A stretch of DNA of 63,663 nucleotides, filler included, from Globobulimina sp. (lineage: Eukaryota), in NCBI GenBank assembly GCA_003354225.1. It is 34 parts of 34 records of this genome, joined end to end, with 100 filler letters (N's around TTAATTAATTAA, not from the genome) between each part and the next. Parts side by side here need not be neighbours in the genome. Positions count along the whole stretch, not along the records: positions 1 to 1,777 come from PIVH01012067.1; positions 1,878 to 3,654 come from PIVH01012068.1; positions 3,755 to 5,531 come from PIVH01012069.1; positions 5,632 to 7,408 come from PIVH01012070.1; positions 7,509 to 9,284 come from PIVH01012071.1; positions 9,385 to 11,160 come from PIVH01012072.1; 28 more parts are not named here. The stretch is one strand, 5' to 3'. The position numbers were made by a program, and so were the translations under genes. This document shows positions 1 through 9,399 of the stretch, piece by piece. The notes under the pieces were generated by a model. The model was not told the origin of the DNA and did no database searches. It saw only the letters and a list, made by a program, of their open reading frames with translations. The first letter of the stretch is position 1. Each line of letters starts with the position of its first letter.

Positions 1-3
1 TGA

Positions 4-1500
4 AAATGTACAAATAGCAGCCTCAGTTTTTATCATTGTATCAATGAAGACAGTCCGCTACATCCGTCTGGATTTGATGTGTGTTTGCCGTGTATAGAAG
101 ACATGAAATGCAACGCAATGAATAGTTCTGATGTTCTGAAAAGCAACGAAAACGACATCCGGTATAGTTTTGGACTAAGATATGATTATTGGTCACTACA
201 GAAAAATGGTCGTACGGTCGATGTCAGCGATATGAAACCTAAATATGTCTCATTATCCGAGGAAGTGGTAACAAATAATATTCATAGAATAGAAAAAACT
301 GCATTTAATAATGCTACACAAAAAGCGCAGAATTTATTGGAAACCTCCGTCGAAATAAAAGCGATGAAATGTAGGTTTGCGCACTCTGCAAAATATTATA
401 ACATCGATAAAGATGCTCCATTGTCAATCTACCACATTTTAGCGGTTGTATTGTACACTGATTTTGATACTTTATCATATAAATTCAGTGAAACATTCAG
501 AAAAATAAATCCATTGGAACAAAGGGCTCAGAGTGCAGCGAGAAACATGGAATACGGAAATTGGGCAAAATATTTGATGGAAACGGTAAATTGTTATGGA
601 ACAACAACGAATGATTCCAATATTAATGTTTTTTATCATGGTGTCTCATTTATGCATTTTCAAACATTTATGTCAACGTTTAATTGTCCATTATCAACAA
701 CCACCAAATTGCAGGTGGCCGCTGTATTTGCACGGAATGATGGACTCATTTTAGAGTTATTTGCACGGGATGGAGGCATTGGAGGGCTGAGGTATTTTAA
801 TTGTAGTTTTTTCAGTTATTTTGCGAATGAAGATGAACGATTATTCATTGCGCCACCGTATTGTTACGGCCAGTATTTACAAATCGTAAATATTCGATAT
901 TTAGCGATGGATGAAAGTTATAAGTCATTTATTTATATCTTATCAATGCTCCATCAGATATTAACTGATGTTTATGGCGCACGTATTGAATGTAACGAAA
1001 TATCAACGAAATCGGATGTGATTTGTTGTATGAATGAGTATATGGACTCTTTGTGTGAATTTAAAGGAATTTCTAAATCTTATTCGAAATATATTGCCAT
1101 GACATTACAAAAATGGGCCAATTCTATCACGGCGATTTCGGTGAATATAGAGCTTATAAACAAAAAAGCGGCAGATTTATTAATTCGGGGTATTTCACCA
1201 AATAATTTGTTGGATTATCCTAAATTCAATATGATGTGCAAACGATTGCAGAGTGTGCAGTGTGGCTCTGTTGGTATTGTCGGAGTGTCCTATTTGAATG
1301 CTTTGCTATCAATGTTGAGATCTATTAAAAAAATGGATTATTCGCAATTGCAAACAATACATTTATATGGTGTAGATACTAAATATTCTTCAGCAGAATT
1401 TGTAAAATATCAATCTTTATTTCATCAAAATGGATGGAAAATGGAAGAAAAACATATTAAAAAAGAAGAATATAAAATAATATTTCAAAATTCAAAGTAA
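4..1500 (+). CDS. ADP-ribosyltransferase-fold (R-S-E clade-like) protein with N-terminal Cys/His zinc-finger-like remnant; 5' end uncertain
   Basis: Motifs LYTD, FYHGV (634-642), PLSTTT (694-702) and NEDERLF (829-837) follow the YRG / STS / ExE order. The frame is open from nt 4 (FYHC...HPSGFDVCLPC). Confidence 0.6.
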   Translation, partial: KCTNSSLSFYHCINEDSPLHPSGFDVCLPCIEDMKCNAMNSSDVLKSNENDIRYSFGLRYDYWSLQKNGRTVDVSDMKPKYVSLSEEVVTNNIHRIEKTAFNNATQKAQNLLETSVEIKAMKCRFAHSAKYYNIDKDAPLSIYHILAVVLYTDFDTLSYKFSETFRKINPLEQRAQSAARNMEYGNWAKYLMETVNCYGTTTNDSNINVFYHGVSFMHFQTFMSTFNCPLSTTTKLQVAAVFARNDGLILELFARDGGIGGLRYFNCSFFSYFANEDERLFIAPPYCYGQYLQIVNIRYLAMDESYKSFIYILSMLHQILTDVYGARIECNEISTKSDVICCMNEYMDSLCEFKGISKSYSKYIAMTLQKWANSITAISVNIELINKKAADLLIRGISPNNLLDYPKFNMMCKRLQSVQCGSVGIVGVSYLNALLSMLRSIKKMDYSQLQTIHLYGVDTKYSSAEFVKYQSLFHQNGWKMEEKHIKKEEYKIIFQNSK

Positions 1501-1777
1501 ATCGTGTTGGAATGAACAATGACAGCCTTATTGTGAGAACATACAAATATTTTGAATAATTATGTGTCATAAATAATTTCATTGTGTAAAGTTTGATATT
1601 TTCGTGCCACTTCAAAATTCCACTGCCAAGAGCAGATTATGACGCATTTTTGGTTAAATCAATAGGGTTTTTGCTTTTAGTTCATTTCTTCAATCAACAT
1701 TTAAATTTTCTATTTTTACTAACATTTGAGTGCTTCACTTTGTAACTAAGTATGCTGACCATGGGCAATAACTCTTT

Positions 1778-1877
1778 NNNNNNNNNNNNNNNNNNNNNNN
1801 NNNNNNNNNNNNNNNNNNNNNTTAATTAATTAANNNNNNNNNNNNNNNNNNNNNNNNNNNNNNNNNNNNNNNNNNNN
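1778..1877. other. Artificial contig spacer (N44-TTAATTAATTAA-N44), first of 33
   Basis: Identical 100-nt spacer with stops in all six frames recurs about every 1,875 nt; contig lengths fall monotonically from 1,777 to 1,774. Confidence 0.99.
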
Positions 1878-3038
1878 TATGAAAAGGCAAAAACATAGAA
1901 AGGTATATGTAGAACTATATTTTTCATTTTTATATTGTTCTACGCCATAATAACTCTATCCATGGACCCACACCCACTAGGTTCTCGTCCTGGGTCTGTA
2001 AGTATTTCACTTTACATGCATGCCTTCACAAAGTGATATACAACCGAAGTGGAGTTTCCCCTCCAATAAATTTAACTTAACTCTTCACAATCAAATCTAA
2101 CCAACTCATTTACTTACTATAATCTACTCTAAATTAACTCTCCCCTCCTCCCATAGGATGCATCCCATGTGAATCTGCCTATGTAGTGTATGTACCAGGT
2201 ATATTTGTATTCCACGTGTGCAGTGCGCCATGAATGAAACCCATACTAACTTATTGCCCGACTAATATGCCTTTTATCATCATAGCACGGAGTTTGCAGT
2301 GTGTACTAAAATACTAATCTTAACGTATGCTGAAATGTCTACTAAAATATTAACCTCTAATAATCCATTAAATGTTTTACTGTGCCGTATCCGTCCGTTT
2401 GTGCAGTGTTTACGGAAATACTAACTCTTAAACCCATATAACATCAGTGTTTGGACCGTAATGTGATACCCCACCATCTGACAGGTCGACCGAGCATGTG
2501 GCCTATAATCTAACACCAAAGAACAAAGAAGCCGATAAAGACCCCACACCTGGTACCCTCCAACAAGCTGTCAAAACCTGACACCATGCAAACCGACGCC
2601 AGACCACCTCTCAAAACAAAGCTGGACTCTTGGAACTGATACCAACTCATTTGATTCGATCTTATCTCAGCAGGGGACTGTGCAATTGGTCTAAAACCTG
2701 GAAAAATCCACTGAACGAAGAAGGAAACAACAAACAATTGCATGGTTGCCCGAAACAGCTTGAATGACATTAATATAACACCTTGTTTTTGTTTAGATAC
2801 CTTACAATACAATAAATGCCTGACTTTTATCTTTTAGAATAATATGGAACTGACGGGTAACAGGGGGATTGTGTCGAGTCCTGCACCTCCTGACAGGCAC
2901 AATCCAAGCTGATCAGTCGGGATTCGTTCTGCCTGTTACCTGCATGCATGAGCTGATTGGTGAAGGGGTTGCTCCTGGCTGCGTCCGGTGATTAAACCCA
3001 CCACGTGTAACCCGGGTCAGTCTTACCTTAACTTATAA

Positions 3039-3120
3039 CAACACTCTTGTGATAAGTTAACTCATTTCAACACTTATGTGATAAGTTAACTCATGACAAC
3101 ACTCTTGTGATAAGCTAATT
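3039..3120. repeat. 29-bp tandem repeat, about 2.8 copies (CAACACTCTTGTGATAAGTTAACTCAT-like)
   Basis: Units start at 3039, 3068 and 3097; core ATAAGTTAACTCAT is near-palindromic. Confidence 0.9.
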
Positions 3121-3199
3121 TAAGACTGGGCGAAAGGCTATGACTAACCCTGCAGTGAGAGTGCCTTAGGAAAGTACTCTCACGGGCTCGTGTGCATGA

Positions 3200-3580
3200 C
3201 TAACATTTCAGATGGCGATGAAGACAAAGGCTTTACTCAACACTCAACTGTTTCTTTTATAGATTCTTTACAGTTTAGATAACAAAAATCCCGTTATTGT
3301 TATCATTGTGGACTTCTCGTCGACTTTCTCTCTTCATTAATGAAACTGTCATGTGAAACAATTGACTCAGATGCAGAGAGAAATCGAGCAAGTAAATCGC
3401 CGAGAAAAGATAGCTGAAGCTGAAGGCCAAACAACAGACAGAAGACTGGAAACGAGAAAAAATGGAAATCATCAGTCCACCACTTCAGGAATACCCCCAG
3501 ATCTTATAACTAACACGTCCCACCATCTGCACACTTGCCTTCGTCAATCGACCCCTCATAGGTGGTCCGATCGTTGAAGG

Positions 3581-3609
<29 letters not shown>
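3200..3609 (+). mobile_element. Probable 3' end of a retroposed (LINE/SINE-like) element with terminal stem-loop and poly(A)
   Basis: Hairpin 3538-3580 (CCTTCG..ATCG / CGAT..GAAGG) directly followed by A29 (3581-3609); 5' boundary unknown. Confidence 0.5.
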
Positions 3610-3611
<2 letters not shown>

Positions 3612-3911
3612 TGAATGTTTTATAACACGCTTTATATACGAGTACGGCTGACATNNNNNNNNNNNNNNNNNNNNNNNNNNNNNNNNNNNNNNNNNNNNTT
3701 AATTAATTAANNNNNNNNNNNNNNNNNNNNNNNNNNNNNNNNNNNNNNNNNNNNGCTGCTGCTGACAAAGGCATATGCTTTCGATAACGAATAGGTGTAT
3801 TATTATGAGCGGAATAGCGCTCTTTGTTCAAGTCCGAATCAACAACATTTATTCTTTCGGACTTTATCGGACGTTGCGGATTTACTGAGTAGTGTTTTGA
3901 CTTACTTAGGT

Positions 3912-5315
3912 CTAATAAAAATCCTCCGAATCGTTATCGTTGGCTTCCTCCGTATCGGTAGCGATAACCTTCGAATCCTTAATGTCTAAACTTTTAATAT
4001 CAATTTCATGGATTCGATGGTATCGATTGTTACCATTATCGTTGCCATTACGCTGAGGCCGTGGCTGACGCGGTGGTCGCTCCTTAAATGCTTCTTTCTC
4101 TTTATCGTTGTGATAGAATTTGCATTTTATTCCATAACGGCAGCCTTTACCATGTCTGCATTTTGGAAGATATGGCTGTTTATATAGGGGTTTCTGTGGC
4201 TGTTTACGAGGTCTAAATCGAGGATTCCTTTCTAACGATCCTTGGAATTTGCCACTAAACCTATTATTTAATTGATTTACCTCGGCTCGCAATTGAAGTA
4301 ATTCCTTTTCATGCTCTACGTCCATCCGATGATCAACGTAGTTATTTATGGCATTAATACGGTGTGTGGCTCCTATGGAATCCAAATAAGTTTCCTGCTC
4401 CACAAATTTAATCAAAATCAGCTCTAATTGTTCCATTGTAATGGCCGGAGTATTAAAGGTATTCACTGCTTTATCGATAACGCGGCTCCGTACCTCTTTG
4501 CCAAGGCCTTTAATAAAATGCTCCGCTGCCTCATAAGAACCAATATTTTGATATACAAATCCGTTGGCAGTCTGCACTCTGATTTCAATGGTTAATCTCT
4601 GCAGCAATTCTTTATATGATTCTAAATATAATTTAATTGATTTGCTACTTTGCGTACTTGCTTGAATAGCACGCTTGTAATTAATTACTTGATTCAATTT
4701 GCCATATTTCGATTTTAATGTTGTCCAAATTAATGCTAATTTGTCCTCCACAGGAATCTGTGCACTAAGATCTAAATCTTTTGACTGTAACCATTTATAC
4801 TGCTTTTCGGCCAAAATCTTTCCATTCATTATCAATTTTAATAACATGGCTGCATTGATATCATTATACATACAATATTTATTGATATGCAATTCAAAAT
4901 GATTTATATTCTCTTCCGCTTCACCTTTAAATTTAAACGGAATATTCGTGATCGCTAATTGTGCCAATGCATTCTCGATCTGACGGCTTGTATTATTCGC
5001 CATATTATTTCGTTCGTTTCCACGGTTTCGTGGATCAAATTCAATTATTTCTTTCTCCTCTTCTTCATCATTGTGATTCACTAAAAAATGATCAATGATT
5101 ATAATTGCATCCTCCATCAACTCTAAAAAATCTGCTTCATTGTCGATAATAATTTTGTCGGTATCTCCATTCATCAAATATTCGAGACGAATGATAACGG
5201 CAAAATCGAATTTGGCAATAATTTGATCTTTAAATGCCTCAAAACTACGTAGCGAGTCTGGAGTGAACCTAATTCTTCTTGTTTGATTTCCTGATTTTAT
5301 CTTAAACCAAGTCAT
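3912..5315 (-). CDS. Gag-like protein: PB1 domain, capsid-like region, CCCH zinc finger
   Basis: N-terminal FKIKSGNQTRRIRF...LEYLMNGDTDKIIIDNEADF (PB1); FKFKGEAEENINHFELHI (retrotransposon gag-like); CRHGKGCRYGIKCKFYH (4110-4160); intronless. Confidence 0.75.
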   Translation of the reverse strand: MTWFKIKSGNQTRRIRFTPDSLRSFEAFKDQIIAKFDFAVIIRLEYLMNGDTDKIIIDNEADFLELMEDAIIIIDHFLVNHNDEEEEKEIIEFDPRNRGNERNNMANNTSRQIENALAQLAITNIPFKFKGEAEENINHFELHINKYCMYNDINAAMLLKLIMNGKILAEKQYKWLQSKDLDLSAQIPVEDKLALIWTTLKSKYGKLNQVINYKRAIQASTQSSKSIKLYLESYKELLQRLTIEIRVQTANGFVYQNIGSYEAAEHFIKGLGKEVRSRVIDKAVNTFNTPAITMEQLELILIKFVEQETYLDSIGATHRINAINNYVDHRMDVEHEKELLQLRAEVNQLNNRFSGKFQGSLERNPRFRPRKQPQKPLYKQPYLPKCRHGKGCRYGIKCKFYHNDKEKEAFKERPPRQPRPQRNGNDNGNNRYHRIHEIDIKSLDIKDSKVIATDTEEANDNDSEDFY

Positions 5316-5431
5316 TTTAGCTATATACTAAATAAAATATATATGCAAATGAAGGTTTCGTCGAATTATTTTCTTCACGAATATAATGGAATAAGTTTCC
5401 TAGTCGGCTGTTAATTGATATTGGTCGTTTC

Positions 5432-5449
5432 TTTCGGGTGGAAGCGCCA
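5432..5449 (-). promoter_or_regulatory. Putative tRNA primer-binding site
   Basis: TGGCGC... begins 1 nt after a CA dinucleotide, about 120 nt upstream of the gag ATG. Confidence 0.6.
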
Positions 5450-5631
5450 ATGACTTATGTTGTTGTTTTAGAGGATAAGAGAAGAAGTAAAGAGTTTTAA
5501 TTTAAGTTTAAATAATACTGAGTTGAGTGACNNNNNNNNNNNNNNNNNNNNNNNNNNNNNNNNNNNNNNNNNNNNTTAATTAATTAANNNNNNNNNNNNN
5601 NNNNNNNNNNNNNNNNNNNNNNNNNNNNNNN

Positions 5632-6523
5632 TTCATAGATTCTTCAATTTTTAATACATTCGTAGGATATACATGTTGTGCAAAAAATGATTGCTCCATT
5701 AATGTAAATCGAATATGAGGCACAAACCCAACCATTAAAGTGGTCCAATTTGATTTATCTGTCATTTCGCACCATTTCCTGCAACTGCTCCAAATATGCT
5801 TTTCCTTTTAAAAATATATATACAAATAACAAATCACAGAACATATATCATAAGATATCATACATTGACACTGAATGAGTTATTTTGTATAAGATTTATA
5901 ATTAATTCTTGTGATATTGATGGCGATGACAATGCATTGGACTCTAAAATGAGTAAACTAGTTTCTACGGTTAACCAGGAACTAAATGCTTTCATTACAT
6001 ATTCCAATTTAAATCCAATTGCTTTGCTTTGAATGGATAGTATTTCATTAATGTTATTTGTTTTAAGTCGAAGATGAATAAAAGCTTTGCAATCTGCAGC
6101 CAAATGAGTTAAACAATATTTACCGGCAGCATGTAATACATCCACTACATTATCAACAATAACATCTGGATATAATCTGTAAACATACTTATAAATGAAT
6201 TCAAATGCTAATTCTGTAACATCTTGCTCTGTGACTCGACGCTGTTGATTCATCATTGTAACATCCCGCCTCTCTTCTTGCTTTGCTTCGTGATTTTGCT
6301 CTCCACCGAACAAAATATCTCGAAAATATTTGCTATGCATTGCAAAAATACCTCCGATTGCTGGGAATTCTTTACTATTTTTACCAACAACAAATGTCAC
6401 ATCGGATATATCCACATTCAGACATGCTCGTTTAGCATTATCATCTAATACGTGAGTGTTACTGTTGATTATGTTGTTGTTTTCAATGTTTTGTATAAGC
6501 ACAGTGGGCATCGCGCTGCACAT
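5632..6523 (-). CDS. BTB/POZ-BACK domain protein, 3' partial; intron 5805-5863
   Basis: SDVTFVVG...FAMHSKYFRDILFG...VLHAAGKYCL; removing the 59-nt GT-AG intron gives VNEKHIWSSCRKW...HIRFTLM (BACK). Confidence 0.9.
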
Positions 6524-6644
6524 CGTTTGAAAGGAAAGTACTGAAAGTTAGAGGATTTAGAGCCTACACAAGTGAATTAGTCACAAGTAGTTATTATTGT
6601 GAGCAAGTTGGTAAGCACAGCTAAAAAACGGTTTTGTGTAAACA

Positions 6645-7408
6645 ATGGCAGTCTCTGGCCAAGCAGCAGAAGCAAACCTAATGTTACAAATGTCTCAAGA
6701 GACAAAAACTGATAATGAAACAGATAAAAATGAAACATCTGCACCGTCTATAAAAGAAGAACGCGAATACCCAATAAAGGTTGGTTTAGCATTTATCATC
6801 GATCAATTATGTGACATCAACACAGTAACCCAAGAATACAAAATGGTCGGTACATTAAGTATCGACTGGGAAGCAACAAAAGCGGATTTGGATTTTTTTC
6901 AAAGAGATCCAGAAAATTTCGTACCAGCTGTCTGTCCAGCATTAGATGTTCGAAATGTTGTGGAACACCATATATCCATAAAAAAATGGGTTGGCGGTAA
7001 CGGTTATTGTATCCGTCCAGGTGACAAAAATCGCGCTTCCTGCAATGGCAAATATTATAACTTCCATCGTTGGGAAATAACCGCATTATTCAGTGAGTTG
7101 TTTGAATTAGAAAACTTCCCCATGGATGTGCAAGATTTATCATTTTGTTTCCAAGCGTCGGCGGGTTGGAATGCTACAAAAGCATTATTGACACCAACGC
7201 ATGTCTTGCAGCAGTCATTTATGTTAGATTTGACCTATTCCGCTTTGGCAGACTGGGCCTATGAATCACAGGATGCTATATTCCGAACTACGGACTGGCG
7301 ATACGAGAAATATTTAATCGAGGACACCACCGGTAATTGGCATCGCGTGACCACTTGGCCTGATGCTTGCTCAGCATCCTGGCCTTCTCCTGCGCGACAA
7401 CGTCGTCA
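6645..7408 (+). CDS. Pentameric ligand-gated ion channel (Cys-less, Pro-loop type) extracellular domain, 3' partial
   Basis: DINTVTQEY..GTLSIDW and ELFELENFPMDVQDL (FPxD Pro-loop). The last ~100 nt are GC-richer and may be chimeric. Confidence 0.8.
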
Positions 7409-7508
7409 NNNNNNNNNNNNNNNNNNNNNNNNNNNNNNNNNNNNNNNNNNNNTTAATTAATTAANNNNNNNNNNNNNNNNNNNNNNNNNNNNNNNNNNNN
7501 NNNNNNNN

Positions 7509-7759
7509 ACAATTGTTTTGTGTTGTAATTCTTTGATGAGAATCGCATCAATTGCTTTATAAATATCTTCGGAATACTTATTATTTGAAGTAATGAACAG
7601 ATCACCGATGGTTTTTCTTAATTGTCGAATATGTAAATATTGTTGGTTTAAATTGAAGTATTTGGCAAGAACAACGATGTTTGAATGATATATGTTTGAA
7701 TTCACAGTTTTGACAATTTTATCAATCATTACGATGGCAGGGTGCTCTTGCTTTGCCAT
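7509..7759 (-). CDS. Hypothetical protein, N-terminal fragment
   Basis: ATG-initiated ORF running off the contig end; no motif recognised. Confidence 0.4.
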
Positions 7760-7968
7760 GTTGACAGTCTGACAATGTTATACGAAAAACATTTACTTTC
7801 TCATGTACAAACATCTGAGAATCACCGCTGCGGAATGCGTTGAAGGAATTATGTTAATTATTAAGCGGTTTACTTTAGTACGTTTTTGTCCTTGCACATT
7901 GCACTGAATTTGTAAAACTGACTAAAACATCTATACAATATACGCACATATATATTAATAATATTAGG

Positions 7969-9238
7969 TCATTCAATATAATCTTCATCATCGTCATCAG
8001 AAAAAAGACTCGCAGCCTGCTGAATTATTTGGAATACACCGTTACCGGTTGGCGGCGAATATGCTTTCAACATTCTATATTCTTTGCTCTGTTTAAATCT
8101 TGTAAATGACGCACAAATCAATGATGTCATATGTTCAATACATGGATTAAACAAATAACTGCATATATAATCCCATACAACATACATAATATAAGTATCT
8201 TATACACATACTTAACTACAATTTTTTTGGATCCTCATACACAATGTTACCCCTCCAACTTTGCTCATTTTCAAACAAATTTCTATACATAAGCCTCGCT
8301 GCGTAATCAATATTAATTTCCAACGTACATCCAATTCGAATATATTTGCGATATAACTTAATTGCCATCGTTTTATAATCACTATTATTCGGTGCGTAAA
8401 CAATGACAGATCGCGGACACTTTTCATGCAAAATCAAGAATCGATCAGAATCTTTTTCTTCATTGTCATGTCCCATGGCAATGCTTCTTTGCCTCAAATG
8501 TGTATTTAGTTTTTCTCTGCAAATTCGTTGCTTAAACTGAAGCATTTCAATCATACTCAACAAACATTCAGAACAGTACTCATTCAATAACCGTCTCATA
8601 AATGCATCAAACATTTTCTCCTCCATTAAGATGTCCCGCATTTGCGTCCGCAATGACGAATCACCAAAGGTCTTGTTTGAACTGCTCATGTCTTGCAAAG
8701 CAATGTATGTTTTCTGGTGAACCAAGGAATGCATCTCATCATCGGTCATTGCTTTAGATTCATTCAATAATATACACGGGAAATGATTGAGAACCCATTG
8801 GGTGTGCCTCCAATTACAGCACGAAAATATCACACGGATAATTACAAAACATGCCTGATATACAATTTTAAATGCTACTATTTCATCGTATGAATGCAAG
8901 ATAAAAAATGCGCAAACAGTGAGATATGACATTATCACAAAACAATAGAATAATATTAATGTAGGTTTTAATTCTTTTTGTAAACCAATCTCGTCGTCTA
9001 ATTTTGGTATATTTTTATAAATGAAATAATATAAATAACCGGGTATGAACAAAGTAAATGTAATTGCTATAAACGCACAAATTATATATAAAAACCATAT
9101 AGAAACACTAAAATTGCATATTCTGATTTGTTGCTGAAGTACAAAGACACAAATAATGCATAGATAACATAGGAAACCGATGATAATTATGCGCGATCGC
9201 AACCACCTCCAACTGCCATATTTCTTTCTATTTCGCAA
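7969..9238 (-). CDS. Multi-TM protein with C-terminal RGS domain (7TM-RGS-like), 5' partial; probable intron about 8159-8218
   Basis: Hydrophobic helices, then FDAFMRRLLNEYCSECLL, LYRKYI...LEINID, and in the last exon LICASFTRFKQSKEY. Confidence 0.85.
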
Positions 9239-9399
9239 ATACTAATCTTTTGACTCTGTGGACGGATTAATAATACTTTGACATNNNNNNNNNNNNNNNN
9301 NNNNNNNNNNNNNNNNNNNNNNNNNNNNTTAATTAATTAANNNNNNNNNNNNNNNNNNNNNNNNNNNNNNNNNNNNNNNNNNNNCGCCTGGCTCAAATC

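Larger units (their letters stand above)
3755..5531 (-). mobile_element. 5' part of an LTR retrotransposon (LTR end, PBS, gag, start of the -1-frame pol-like ORF)
   Basis: On the minus strand ...AGTCA-T-TGGCGCTTCCACCCG (LTR end plus PBS), a Gag-like ORF, then G_GAT_TTT before the gag stop with the -1 frame open to the contig end. Confidence 0.75.

Noticed and set aside
3039-3120. 29-bp repeats as a CRISPR array
   Set aside because: Repeats are head to tail with no unique spacers, and no cas genes are present
3140-3192. Group II intron domain V-like hairpin on the minus strand (GAGCCC...GGGTT)
   Set aside because: Stem lengths, 4-nt bulge and loop are non-canonical, and no domain VI follows
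3466-3474. Hammerhead ribozyme core (CTGATGA on the minus strand)
   Set aside because: No stem II or GAAA follows
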